NCBI GenBank assembly: GCA_963512605.1
Contig: CAUPNG010000024.1
Location: forward strand, 9,849-73,848
From: an uncultured Albidiferax sp.
GTDB taxonomy: Bacteria; Pseudomonadota; Gammaproteobacteria; Burkholderiales; Burkholderiaceae_C
DNA: 64,000 nt
Direction of reading: 5' to 3'
This document shows positions 1 to 10,073 of this stretch, in pieces. Under the pieces are notes generated by a model. That model saw only the letters and a program-made list of their open reading frames with translations. It did not search any database and was not told where the DNA came from. The position numbers and the translations under genes are program-made. The first letter of the stretch is position 1. Each line of letters begins with the position of its first letter.

Positions 1-542
1 GTTTATGCAGCGACGTTGACTCAAGCGTGGATATATTTTTTAGCTTATACGCTGATAATGTTCGCCGTCACGGTACGCCAGCAATGCCAAAAAAATACTT
101 TTCAGCTTTAAAGGAAGAATTTGGCACTGATTGTGAAGTGTTAATAGTGTCTACTATAGATGGTCTTCCAGTTAGTGGTGTGATGAGTTTTTATTTCCGT
201 GATGAAGTCCTTCCATATTATGCTGGTGATAGCGTTTCTGCACGTGATCTGGCAGCTAATGATTTTAAGTATTGGGAATTATTGCGCCGAGCGTGTGAAC
301 TTGGATTAAATACATTCGATTACGGTAGAAGTAAAGTTAATACCGGATCGTATGCATTTAAAAAGAATTGGGGATTCGAGCCTAAATCTTTAAGTTATGA
401 GTATTGTCTATACAAAAGGGATTCAATTCCTCAGAATAATCCATCAAATAAAAAGTACTCTATTCTCATTTCAGTTTGGAAAAAATTACCTGTTTCTGTT
501 GCGAATGCAATAGGCCCTTTTATTGTTAAGAGTTTGGGTTAA
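1..542 (+). CDS. FemAB-family protein, PEP-CTERM/XrtA-locus type (5' end outside window)
   Basis: The frame is open from the window edge to TAA 540-542. The C-terminal part (...FDYGRSKVNTGSYAFKKNWGFEP...) looks like the FemAB-related proteins found beside exosortase genes. Codon usage is AT-rich. Confidence 0.7.
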   Translation, partial: LCSDVDSSVDIFFSLYADNVRRHGTPAMPKKYFSALKEEFGTDCEVLIVSTIDGLPVSGVMSFYFRDEVLPYYAGDSVSARDLAANDFKYWELLRRACELGLNTFDYGRSKVNTGSYAFKKNWGFEPKSLSYEYCLYKRDSIPQNNPSNKKYSILISVWKKLPVSVANAIGPFIVKSLG

Positions 543-1758
543 TTTTTTGCGTAATATACTTTATCTGGTGCATAGACTTCCTTATCCTCCCAATAAAGGA
601 GATAAGGTTCGATCTTACAATTTATTAAAACATCTTTCTGCTGGTAATAATATTTATTTGGGTACGTTTATTGATGATCCTCTGGATGAGAAGTATTTAC
701 CTACAGTACGAAGTTTGTGTGCATCCTTATACTTCGAGAGGGTAAGTAGAAGTCGTTCAATACCGCGAAGTTTAATTGGAATTTGTAATGGAAGTGCATT
801 GACACTTAATTATTATAATAGTCGAACTTTTCAAATCTGGGTAAATGAAATTATTAAAAGTTATAGAATTGATGCAATTGTTGTATTTTCTTCGGTGATG
901 GCGCAGTTTGTGCCTAGCGACTTTTACGCCCGTACATTAGTGGACTTTGTTGATGTTGATTCCCGGAAATGGACTGAGTATTCGGATCAGAAGTATTTTC
1001 CAATGTCTTGGTTATATCGAAGAGAAGGCAGGTGTCTTTTAAAGTACGAGCGTTTTTTGGCTTTGGAGGCGTCACATTCGTTTTTTGTTACGGAAAAGGA
1101 ACGAAATTTATTTGCCACTTTTGCACCCGAAAGTTCATTTAAGACAAGCGCGATAAATAATGGCGTAGATTTAGACTTTTTTACCCCAGACGATACATTA
1201 AAATCTCCTTTTGATCAGAATAACGAAAACTGTATTTCCATTGTATTTACTGGAGCAATGGATTACTGGCCAAATATTGATGCAGTGATTTGGTTTGTTG
1301 ATAATGTATTTTCCTTGCTTAATAAAAGTAATTCTAATTACCGATTTTACATTGTTGGTCGTAATCCATCTCAGGCAGTTCTAAATCTGCGTTCTAAGTT
1401 GATTTTTGTTACTGGTACGGTAGCAGATGTTAGGCCATACTTGCAGTTCTGCACAATCGTGGTTGCTCCGTTAAGAATCGCACGTGGCATTCAAAATAAA
1501 ATACTTGAAGCCATGTCGATGGAAAAACCGGTTGTTGCATCGGTTGAATGCGTTCAAGCTATAGATTCGACGGATGGTATTAATGTACTAGCCGCAAAGA
1601 CTCCGTTTGATTTTTTTGAAAAAATTGAATTTTTAATAAAAAATAAACATCAATCTGATGCAATTGGCAGGGCTGCACGTGTCAATGTAAAAGAGAAATA
1701 TGCTTGGAGTTCGCATCTGAAAAAAATTGATAAGTATTTGAATTTTGAAGAGACTTAG
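523..1758 (+). CDS. GT4 glycosyltransferase (stp1-like sugar transferase of PEP-CTERM/EpsH1 loci)
   Basis: N-terminal ILYLVHRLPYPPNKGDKVRSYNLL motif and C-terminal GT-B fold (...ILEAMSMEKPVVAS...). The start is uncertain (TTG 523 or TTG 547). Confidence 0.75.
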   Translation: MLRVWVNFLRNILYLVHRLPYPPNKGDKVRSYNLLKHLSAGNNIYLGTFIDDPLDEKYLPTVRSLCASLYFERVSRSRSIPRSLIGICNGSALTLNYYNSRTFQIWVNEIIKSYRIDAIVVFSSVMAQFVPSDFYARTLVDFVDVDSRKWTEYSDQKYFPMSWLYRREGRCLLKYERFLALEASHSFFVTEKERNLFATFAPESSFKTSAINNGVDLDFFTPDDTLKSPFDQNNENCISIVFTGAMDYWPNIDAVIWFVDNVFSLLNKSNSNYRFYIVGRNPSQAVLNLRSKLIFVTGTVADVRPYLQFCTIVVAPLRIARGIQNKILEAMSMEKPVVASVECVQAIDSTDGINVLAAKTPFDFFEKIEFLIKNKHQSDAIGRAARVNVKEKYAWSSHLKKIDKYLNFEET

Positions 1759-1766
1759 AATGTTTT

Positions 1767-3323
1767 ATGAATATTAATTTGCCGAATCCTAATAAACAAA
1801 TTTGGCGTAACGCAATATTTTCTTTTCTTGCTGTTTTATCGTGTATTTTATTTATCTTTTGGAATACATTTTATGGAATGGTTTCTATATGGGCTAGATC
1901 CGAAACCTTCACTCACGGTTTTTTGGTTCTACCTATCGTCATCTGGTTGATTTGGCGTAAAAGATATTTTGTTTTTGCGCGAATACCGAAACCGAATTAT
2001 TTTATTCTATTTTTTATTATTGTTATATCAATAGTATGGCTTTTGGGTGATTTGGTTGCTATTAATTCTGTTACCCAATTGGCATCCACAGCTCTTGTTG
2101 TGTTATCAGTTTTCGCAATTTTTGGGTGGTCAGTAACATCGGTTATTGTTTTTCCGTTATTTTTTTTGTTTTTTTCAGTGCCATTGGGTGAATTTTTACT
2201 TCCACTACTTATGGAGTGGACGGCAAAATTTACTGTAATTGCAATTCGTTTAAGCGGTGTTCCTGTATATCAAGAAGGTCTGCAGTTTGTAATATCGTCT
2301 GGTAACTGGTCAGTGGTCGAGGCTTGCAGTGGTGTTCGGTACTTAATTTCTTCAGTCATGATTGGTACGCTTTACGCCTATCTTAACTATCAATCGTTAG
2401 ATCGTCGTCTTATATTTATTGGCGTTTCTATTGTTATTCCTGTTTTGGCAAACTGGATACGCGCCTATTTTATTGTTATGCTTGGGCATTTTTCTGAAAA
2501 TAAACTTGCCGTTGGATTTGATCACCTTATCTATGGTTGGGTTTTTTTTGGCGTTGTTATTTTATTGATGTTTTTAATTGGAGGGCGGTGGGCGGAAAAT
2601 GAAATTTCCGTTGGAAACTACGCTGTTCATGCCGTTGTAGATAAAGGTGCTAGATCGTCTTATTTTTGGATAAATGCCTTGTTGATTGCGATTGCGATGG
2701 CTGTTCCTATTGGGTGGGGTGAATTTATTAAAATTAATAATAGATTGTCTTCGCCTATTATTTCTGCGCCAAATAGTTTTTCTTCCACTTGGAGTCAAGT
2801 TGATGAGAAATTGCAATTTTTAAAGCCTAATTTTCAAGGTTCAATTATTAATATAGATGGCGTTTATAAAAAGGATTTGTTGCTTGTCGGATTTTATGTT
2901 GCGTATTATAGAAATCAAAATTATGATAATAAGTTGGTAAGTTCGGAAAATTCTATTGTTAGTACAAAAAGTAAAGAGTGGCTTCAAACCGGTGGTGAAA
3001 ATTATGTTTTGCAAGGTACCTTAAATCCCTTATCTGTTCGTGTAACGAATCTTCGTGGCTTAGGTGGCCGTGATCAGATTGGGAATAGTCGCCTGCAAGC
3101 ATGGCAGTTCTATTGGGTGAATGGAGTATTTACTGATAATGACTATAAGGCCAAAGTTCACGGCGCGATGCAGCGTTTGTTTGGGAGGGGAGACGATTCT
3201 GCTATTATTCTTTTATATGCCCAGGATGATGGCGAAGGCTTAGCTAAAAAATCGATGGAAAAATTTTTACAAGATAATTATGCTGAAATTAAGCTTATGT
3301 TGGAAGCGGCTCGCTCTGAGTAA
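1767..3323 (+). CDS. xrtA: exosortase A (XrtA/EpsH) fused to an EpsI-like C-terminal domain
   Basis: 518-aa polytopic membrane ORF. Exosortase catalytic motifs are visible: VVEACSGVRYL (Cys), ANWIRAYF (Arg), DHLIYGWVFFG (His). The last ~200 aa (extra TM plus a soluble part with FYVAYYRNQNYDNKLVSS) resemble EpsI. Confidence 0.85.
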   Translation: MNINLPNPNKQIWRNAIFSFLAVLSCILFIFWNTFYGMVSIWARSETFTHGFLVLPIVIWLIWRKRYFVFARIPKPNYFILFFIIVISIVWLLGDLVAINSVTQLASTALVVLSVFAIFGWSVTSVIVFPLFFLFFSVPLGEFLLPLLMEWTAKFTVIAIRLSGVPVYQEGLQFVISSGNWSVVEACSGVRYLISSVMIGTLYAYLNYQSLDRRLIFIGVSIVIPVLANWIRAYFIVMLGHFSENKLAVGFDHLIYGWVFFGVVILLMFLIGGRWAENEISVGNYAVHAVVDKGARSSYFWINALLIAIAMAVPIGWGEFIKINNRLSSPIISAPNSFSSTWSQVDEKLQFLKPNFQGSIINIDGVYKKDLLLVGFYVAYYRNQNYDNKLVSSENSIVSTKSKEWLQTGGENYVLQGTLNPLSVRVTNLRGLGGRDQIGNSRLQAWQFYWVNGVFTDNDYKAKVHGAMQRLFGRGDDSAIILLYAQDDGEGLAKKSMEKFLQDNYAEIKLMLEAARSE

Positions 3324-3358
3324 GAAATTTTGATTATTTAATGTTTTAAGGAATTTAA

Positions 3359-4639
3359 ATGACTGTTGTTGCTGTTATTGGTTTGGGATATGTCGGTTTG
3401 CCATTAGTCATAGAGTTTGGTAAACACTTTAAGACTATTGGTTTTGATATTTCTGTATCCAAGGTCGATTCTTGTTTGAAAGGTATTGATCCTTCTCGTG
3501 AGTTATCTAATGAGGAGATGCTGTCTGCTTCTCACGCGGTGTATACCCATGATGCCACGATGCTAGCCGAGGCGGATATCGTGGTGGTAGCTGTTCCTAC
3601 ACCTGTTGATGATGCCCATATTCCTGACTTCCGCCCGTTGATTGGTGCCAGCACTAGCGTTGGTCGCCATATGAAACCGGGGACTATCGTTGTGTATGAA
3701 TCGACCGTTTATCCAGGCGCAACTGAAGAGGTGTGTATTCCAGTTTTGGAGCGGGAGTCGGGCATGAAGTGGCGGCAAGACTTTTTTATCGGATATTCCC
3801 CAGAACGGATTAATCCTGGTGATAAAGAGCATACATTGACTAAAATTTTGAAAGTTGTGTCAGGTGATACGCCTGATACATTGGAGAAAGTTGCTCAACT
3901 TTATGAGAGGATTATTGTTCCCGGTGTCCATCGTGCATCTTCGATCAAAGCTGCAGAGGCCGCGAAGGTTATTGAAAATACCCAAAGAGATCTAAATATT
4001 GCTTTAATGAATGAGTTGGCAATTATTTTTGACAAAATTGGTATTGATACCACGGAGGTTTTGGAGGCTGCTGGAACTAAATGGAATTTTTTGAAGTTTA
4101 AGCCTGGTCTAGTAGGCGGCCACTGTATTGGTGTTGACCCTTACTATCTGACCCATAAGGCCGCTATGCTTGGCTACCAGCCTGAAGTGATATTGGCTGG
4201 ACGGCGTATCAATGACAGTATGGGGAAGTTTATTGCCGAACAAACTATCAAGCACATGATTGCTTCTGGCAGCTATATTAAAGGAGCCCGAGTCAATATG
4301 TTGGGGCTCACTTTTAAAGAGAACTGTGGTGATTTGAGAAATTCTAAGGTTATTGACATCATCAAAGAGCTTAAGTCTTACGGCGTCGAAGTGTTTGTTA
4401 CAGATCCTCAGGCTGAAGCGGAGGAAGCAATGCATGAATATGGTGTTCGTTTGCTGACTTGGGATGAGTTGCCTCGTGCTGATGCTATTGTGGCTGCTGT
4501 TGCTCACAGCGAGTATGCTGCGTTGTCTATGGAAGATTTCGGTAAAAAGTTGGTCAAAGGTGGCGCTTTTATTGATGTGAAGTCTTCGTTCGATCGCGTT
4601 GCGATTGAGGCTGCAGGTTATAAACTGTGGAGGCTCTAA
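3359..4639 (+). CDS. UDP-N-acetylhexosamine 6-dehydrogenase family (TviB/WbpO-like nucleotide-sugar dehydrogenase)
   Basis: Rossmann motif VIGLGYVGLPL at the N-terminus and catalytic Cys motif GGHCIGVDPYY. 426 aa. Confidence 0.85.
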   Translation: MTVVAVIGLGYVGLPLVIEFGKHFKTIGFDISVSKVDSCLKGIDPSRELSNEEMLSASHAVYTHDATMLAEADIVVVAVPTPVDDAHIPDFRPLIGASTSVGRHMKPGTIVVYESTVYPGATEEVCIPVLERESGMKWRQDFFIGYSPERINPGDKEHTLTKILKVVSGDTPDTLEKVAQLYERIIVPGVHRASSIKAAEAAKVIENTQRDLNIALMNELAIIFDKIGIDTTEVLEAAGTKWNFLKFKPGLVGGHCIGVDPYYLTHKAAMLGYQPEVILAGRRINDSMGKFIAEQTIKHMIASGSYIKGARVNMLGLTFKENCGDLRNSKVIDIIKELKSYGVEVFVTDPQAEAEEAMHEYGVRLLTWDELPRADAIVAAVAHSEYAALSMEDFGKKLVKGGAFIDVKSSFDRVAIEAAGYKLWRL

Positions 4640-5817
4640 CAGACAGCCGATTTTTGGTGGTACATGTTGTGTATCGCTTTGACATGGGTGGATTAGAGAA
4701 TGGAGTTGTTAATTTGATTAACAACATGGGTTTTGAAAAATATCGTCATGTCGTAGTTGCACTTACCGATGTTACCGATTTTCAAAAACGAATTAGACGT
4801 GATGATGTCGTCTTTTATGCTCTTAACAAGCCATCTGGTCATGCATTCTGGTTGTATCCTCGGCTATTTTTTTTATTTAAGAAATTGCGTCCTGCCATTG
4901 TTCATACTAGAAACCTCGCAGCCCTTGAAGTATTGATTCCTGCATGGGCTTCCGGAGTTTCTGTCCGTATTCATGGAGAGCATGGTCGCGATATAGGTGA
5001 TTTTGACGGTAATAATAAAAAGTACCAATGGATGCGCCGGTTTTATGCACCGTTTGTTACCCATTATTTGGCGCTGTCGCGTGACTTGGCCTCTTATTTG
5101 ACAGACAAAGTTCATATTTCCGCTGACCGGATAACGCAGGTATATAACGGAGTGGATTCCTCACGTTTTTCGCCTGCGGATGTTGTGGGACGTTCTGTGA
5201 TCTCTGGATGTCCGTTTGTGGACATAGGCTTATGGGTTATCGGGACGGTCGGTCGTATGCAGACCGTTAAGGACCAAGTAACTTTAACCAGCGCTTTCAT
5301 ACGTGCATTGGAGATATCGCCAGAACTGAAAACCTGCCTACGTCTGGCGCTGGTGGGTGATGGTCCATTGCGGGAGCCATGCCAGATGCTATTGGATACG
5401 GCTGGCTTGTCGCAACTTGCATGGTTACCTGGTGAGCGTAATGATGTGCCGGAGATTATGCGAGGACTTGATTGCTTTGTATTGCCATCGCTGGCAGAAG
5501 GCATTTCCAATACGATATTAGAAGCTATGGCTTGTGGTTTGCCCGTGATCGCTACCGATGTGGGGGGCAATGCCGACTTGGTAATCGATGGGGTTACCGG
5601 ACTAATTGTGCCCGCAGGCGATGTTGACGCTATTGCCCACAGTTTGGTGCGATTGGCGCGTTCACCAGAGTTGGCGCAGAAGATGGGCCGCGCGGGTCGG
5701 CAACGCATTCTTGAGAAATTTAGCCTTGGTGCCATGGTTGCAACTTACCAGGGCCTGTACGATCGACTTTTGGGCATAGGCGAAAGCGCTGTGCCGCTAG
5801 CTCCCACCAACAAATAA
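4627..5817 (+). CDS. GT4 glycosyltransferase (stp2-like, XrtA-locus associated)
   Basis: ...PSLAEGISNTILEAMACGLPVIATDVGGNADLV... GT4 signature. The GTG start overlaps the upstream gene end. The AT-rich to GC-rich composition switch lies near its 3' end. Confidence 0.8.
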   Translation: MEALTDSRFLVVHVVYRFDMGGLENGVVNLINNMGFEKYRHVVVALTDVTDFQKRIRRDDVVFYALNKPSGHAFWLYPRLFFLFKKLRPAIVHTRNLAALEVLIPAWASGVSVRIHGEHGRDIGDFDGNNKKYQWMRRFYAPFVTHYLALSRDLASYLTDKVHISADRITQVYNGVDSSRFSPADVVGRSVISGCPFVDIGLWVIGTVGRMQTVKDQVTLTSAFIRALEISPELKTCLRLALVGDGPLREPCQMLLDTAGLSQLAWLPGERNDVPEIMRGLDCFVLPSLAEGISNTILEAMACGLPVIATDVGGNADLVIDGVTGLIVPAGDVDAIAHSLVRLARSPELAQKMGRAGRQRILEKFSLGAMVATYQGLYDRLLGIGESAVPLAPTNK

Positions 5818-5833
5818 CCAACAGATAAATACC

Positions 5834-7768
5834 ATGTGTGGAATTGTCGGCATTTTTGATACCCGGAGTGGGCGCGATATTGACCGCGCTGTACTTCACC
5901 GCATGAACGAGTCCCAACGCCATAGAGGGCCGGTGGAGGGTGGTTTGTACCTGGAACCTGGTGTGGGTTTTGGTCACCGGCGCCTCTCCATCATTGATCT
6001 GGCCACTGGCCAGCAGCCGCTGTTCAATGAAGACGGTTCGGTGGTGGTGGTGTTCAACGGGGAGATTTACAACTACCAGCAGTTGATCCCAGAACTGCAA
6101 GCCCTGGGGCATGTGTTTCACACGCGCAGCGATACCGAGGTGATCGTCCATGCGTGGGAGGCCTGGGGCAAGGACTGCGTTAAGCGCTTCCGTGGCATGT
6201 TCGCCTTTGCATTGTGGGACCGCAACCAGCAAACCTTTTTCATGGCGCGTGACCGCTTGGCTGTCAAACCCATGTACTACGCTGTGCTGGATGACGGCAT
6301 GCTGGTGTTTGGTTCGGAACTGAAGTCGCTGCTGGCCCATGGCAGCCTGAAGCGCGATATGGACCCCCTGGCGGTGGAGGAATATTTTGCACTGGGCTAC
6401 GTGGCGGAACCGCGCACCATTTTTCGGCAGGCCAAGAAATTGTGTCCGGCACACACTCTCACCATCCGGCGTGGCCAACCACTGGCGGAACCCGAAGCTT
6501 ATTGGGATGTACGCTTTACGCTGGACAGCAAGATCGGTGTCGACGAGGCGTGTGCGCAGTTAGACGAAAAACTCAAGGAGTCGGTACGGCTGCGCATGAT
6601 TGCGGAGGTGCCTCTGGGTGCCTTTCTGTCGGGCGGCGTGGACTCCAGTGCGGTGGTCGCAGAAATGGCCGAGATTTCCGCGGAGCCTGTCAACACCTGC
6701 TCCATCGCTTTCGATGACCCGGCTTTCAATGAGGCCGCGTTTGCCCAAACCGTGGCTGACCGATACAAGACCAACCACCATGTAGAGATCGTGAAGAGCG
6801 ACGACTTCGACCTGATCGACACCCTGGCCCGTTTGTACGACGAACCCTATGCCGACAGCTCGGCCATCCCCACTTACCGGGTGTGCGAGTTGGCGCGCAA
6901 ACATGTCACCGTGGCCTTGTCGGGCGACGGTGGCGACGAGACTTTTGGTGGCTACCGCCGCTACCGCATGCATCTGATGGAAGAGAAGATGCGCTCCTCC
7001 ATGCCCGCGGCGCTGCGCCAGCCCTTGTTCAAGACCCTGGGTCGCATCTACCCCAAGGCCGATTGGGCACCGCGTATGTTTCGGGCCAAGACCACGTTCG
7101 AGGGCATGGCCCGCAGCTCGGTAGAAGCTTATTTCCATTCGGTGTCGATTTTGCGCGGCCCGATGCGCGACCAACTGTTCAGCCCGCGTTTCAAGACCGA
7201 ACTGGCCGGTTATAACGCCCAGGAGGTCTTCAACTACCACGCCAGCCAAGCCAATACCGACGACCCCTTGGCCCTGATCCAATACCTGGACCTGAAGACC
7301 TACCTGGTCGGCGACATCAACACCAAAGTAGACCGCGCCAGCATGGCCCATTCGCTGGAGGTGCGCGAACCTCTGATGGACCACGAGTTGGTCGAGTGGA
7401 TGGCGACCTTGCCGTCCTCGCTCAAGATCCAGGGGCAAGAAGGTAAGTACTTGCTCAAGAAAGCCATGGAGCCGCGCTTGCCACACGATATTTTGTACCG
7501 CCCCAAAATGGGCTTTTCGGTGCCCTTGGCACGCTGGTTCCGTGGCCCCTTGCGCCAGCGCGTGCGCGATGCGGTGCTGGGCCCGCGCTTGGCGGAAACC
7601 GGCTGGTTCAACCGCCAGTACCTGGAGCATCTGGTAGACGCGCACGATTCCGGTGCCCGTGATTACAGCGCGCCCTTATGGACCCTGCTGATGTTCGAGG
7701 CGTTTTTGCGCAATGTGATGCAGCCCGAAGTGCACATGCCCACACCTGCCGAGGCCGTGGCGGTATGA
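5834..7768 (+). CDS. asparagine synthase (glutamine-hydrolysing) family, exosortase-A-associated amidotransferase
   Basis: MCGIVGIF N-terminal nucleophile Cys and PP-loop SGGVDSS. 644 aa. Its position in an XrtA locus fits this call. Confidence 0.9.
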   Translation: MCGIVGIFDTRSGRDIDRAVLHRMNESQRHRGPVEGGLYLEPGVGFGHRRLSIIDLATGQQPLFNEDGSVVVVFNGEIYNYQQLIPELQALGHVFHTRSDTEVIVHAWEAWGKDCVKRFRGMFAFALWDRNQQTFFMARDRLAVKPMYYAVLDDGMLVFGSELKSLLAHGSLKRDMDPLAVEEYFALGYVAEPRTIFRQAKKLCPAHTLTIRRGQPLAEPEAYWDVRFTLDSKIGVDEACAQLDEKLKESVRLRMIAEVPLGAFLSGGVDSSAVVAEMAEISAEPVNTCSIAFDDPAFNEAAFAQTVADRYKTNHHVEIVKSDDFDLIDTLARLYDEPYADSSAIPTYRVCELARKHVTVALSGDGGDETFGGYRRYRMHLMEEKMRSSMPAALRQPLFKTLGRIYPKADWAPRMFRAKTTFEGMARSSVEAYFHSVSILRGPMRDQLFSPRFKTELAGYNAQEVFNYHASQANTDDPLALIQYLDLKTYLVGDINTKVDRASMAHSLEVREPLMDHELVEWMATLPSSLKIQGQEGKYLLKKAMEPRLPHDILYRPKMGFSVPLARWFRGPLRQRVRDAVLGPRLAETGWFNRQYLEHLVDAHDSGARDYSAPLWTLLMFEAFLRNVMQPEVHMPTPAEAVAV

Positions 7769-8991
7769 CGCGCATCCTGCATGTGCTGGACCATTCCATT
7801 CCCTTGCACAGTGGTTACACCTTTCGCACCCTGTCCATCCTGCGCGAGCAGCGCAAGCTAGGCTGGGAGACTTTCCACCTCACCACCCCCAAACACACCC
7901 ACGGCAATGCGTTGGAAGAAGACGTAGACGGCTGGCATTTCTACCGCACACCCGCGGCGGCAGGGGAGGGCAGCGCGCTACCCGGGCTGGGTGAATGGGC
8001 CATGATGCGCCAGGTGGAGCGCCGTCTGCAGGAAGTGGCCGAACGGGTCCGCCCTGATATCTTGCACGCCCATTCCCCGGTGCTCAACGCCATGCCCGCC
8101 CTGCGGGTGGGCAAACGCCTGGGCATACCCGTGGTGTACGAAGTGCGGGCATTTTGGGAAGATGCGGCGGTCGACCACGGCACCACCGCCGAGGGTAGCC
8201 TGCGCTACCGGCTCACGCGCCGCCTGGAAACCCGGGCCTTCAAGCTGGCCAGCCACATCTTCACCATCTGTGAGGGCCTGCGCTCGGACATCGTGGCGCG
8301 GGGCATCCCCGAGTCCAAGGTCACGGTGATTCCCAACGCGGTGGATGTCGACTCGTTCGATGTGGGTGGCGTGCCCGATATGGCGCTGAAAGCCCGCCTG
8401 GGCCTGGCCGACTGCAAGGTGGTGGGCTTCATTGGTTCGTTCTACGCCTATGAAGGCCTGGATCTGCTGTTGGCCGCTTTGCCCCAGATTTTGGCCAAGG
8501 AACCCCAGGTGCGCTTGTTGCTGGTGGGCGGTGGCCCGCAGGACGAAGCCCTCAAAGCCCAGGCTTTGGCCCTGGGTATCCAGGACAAAGTCATCTTCAC
8601 CGGCCGCGTGCCGCATGCCGAAGTGCAGCGCTATTACGACCTGGTGGACGTACTGGCCTACCCGCGCCACTCCATGCGCCTGACCGAGTTGGTCACCCCG
8701 CTCAAGCCCCTGGAGGCCATGGCCCAAGGCCGGGTGCTGGTGGCTTCTGACGTGGGCGGCCACAAGGAACTCATCCGCCATGGCGAAACCGGCATGCTCT
8801 TCAAGGCGGGCAGTGCGCCCGCATTGGCCCAGGCCATTGTGGAGCTGCTCGCCACGCCCGAGCGCTGGCCCCAACTGCGTGCAGCAGGCCGTAAGTTCGT
8901 CGAATCCGAACGCAACTGGACAGCCAGCATCGCCCATTACCGCCGTCCTTATGGCCACTTGATGGGCACATTGACGGGCAGCGTGGCCTGA
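7765..8991 (+). CDS. GT4 glycosyltransferase, exosortase A system-associated type
   Basis: The ATG at 7765 overlaps the upstream TGA (ATGA). MTRILHVLDHSIPLHSGYTFR N-terminus and ...EAMAQGRVLVASDVGGHKELI... motif. Confidence 0.8.
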   Translation: MTRILHVLDHSIPLHSGYTFRTLSILREQRKLGWETFHLTTPKHTHGNALEEDVDGWHFYRTPAAAGEGSALPGLGEWAMMRQVERRLQEVAERVRPDILHAHSPVLNAMPALRVGKRLGIPVVYEVRAFWEDAAVDHGTTAEGSLRYRLTRRLETRAFKLASHIFTICEGLRSDIVARGIPESKVTVIPNAVDVDSFDVGGVPDMALKARLGLADCKVVGFIGSFYAYEGLDLLLAALPQILAKEPQVRLLLVGGGPQDEALKAQALALGIQDKVIFTGRVPHAEVQRYYDLVDVLAYPRHSMRLTELVTPLKPLEAMAQGRVLVASDVGGHKELIRHGETGMLFKAGSAPALAQAIVELLATPERWPQLRAAGRKFVESERNWTASIAHYRRPYGHLMGTLTGSVA

Positions 8992-10073
8992 TGGCGTTTG
9001 CGGGTATCCGGGTGGGCTTGGTTGGCCCCTTGCCACCGCCTGCGGGCGGCATGGCCAACCAGACCCGGCAACTGGCAGAACTGCTACGTTCTGCCCAGGC
9101 CCAGGTCACCCTGGTACAAACCAATGCGCCGTACCGCCCCGAGTGGGCCGGGCGCGTGCCGGGCGTGCGGGCGGTGTTTCGTCTGTTGCCTTATCTGGTG
9201 GCGTTGTGGCGTGCTGCGGGCCGCAGCGATGTGCTGCACATCATGGCCAACTCGGGCTGGTCCTGGCATCTGTTTGCCGGACCCGCCATCTGGATTGCGC
9301 GCCTGCGCGGCGTGCCCGTGGTGGTCAACTACCGGGGCGGCGAGGCCGCGCAATTCCTGCAAGGCGCGCAGGCCGTGGTGCGCAAATCCATGGCTGCCAC
9401 CGCCGGTTTGCTGGTGCCTTCGGCTTTTTTGCAGGAGGTGTTTGCCCGCTTTGGCATGCAGGCGGCCATCGTGCCCAACATCATCGACCTGGCCCGTTTC
9501 CATCCGCGTGGCGGCAAGGCCGCGCAATCGGCACACCTGGTGGTGGCGCGCAACCTGGAGCCGCTGTACGACAACACCACCGCCATCCGCGCCTTTCAGA
9601 CCGTGCAGGCGCAATGGCCCCAGGCGCGGCTGACCATTGCAGGCAGCGGCCCGCAAGAAGCCGCATTGCGCCAACTGGTGGCCGATCTGGGCTTGCAGGC
9701 CTGTGTGCACTTCACCGGGCGGCTGGACCGCGATGCCATGGCCGCCCTGTACCGCGAGGCCGACATCATGCTCAACCCCAGCCTGGCCGACAACATGCCC
9801 AACTCGGTGCTGGAGTCCATGGCCAGCGGCGTGCCGGTGGTCAGTACCGATGTGGGCGGCGTACCCTATATGGTGCAAGACGGGGTGACGGCCTTGCTGG
9901 TGCCCCCCGCCAAGCCAGAGGCCATGGCGGCGGCCTGCCTGCGGTTGCTGGGCGATGCAGGCCTGTGGGCGCGCCTGCAGCAGGCGGGTCTGGCCGAGGT
10001 GCAACGCTACACCTGGAGCCAGGTGGCTCCCTTGCTGGCCGGGCATTACCGCCAGGCAATTCAAGCAAAATAG
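8991..10073 (+). CDS. GT4 glycosyltransferase
   Basis: The ATG overlaps the upstream TGA. ...LESMASGVPVVSTDVGGVPYMVQDG... motif. The TAG stop lies inside repeat copy 1. Confidence 0.8.
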   Translation: MAFAGIRVGLVGPLPPPAGGMANQTRQLAELLRSAQAQVTLVQTNAPYRPEWAGRVPGVRAVFRLLPYLVALWRAAGRSDVLHIMANSGWSWHLFAGPAIWIARLRGVPVVVNYRGGEAAQFLQGAQAVVRKSMAATAGLLVPSAFLQEVFARFGMQAAIVPNIIDLARFHPRGGKAAQSAHLVVARNLEPLYDNTTAIRAFQTVQAQWPQARLTIAGSGPQEAALRQLVADLGLQACVHFTGRLDRDAMAALYREADIMLNPSLADNMPNSVLESMASGVPVVSTDVGGVPYMVQDGVTALLVPPAKPEAMAAACLRLLGDAGLWARLQQAGLAEVQRYTWSQVAPLLAGHYRQAIQAK

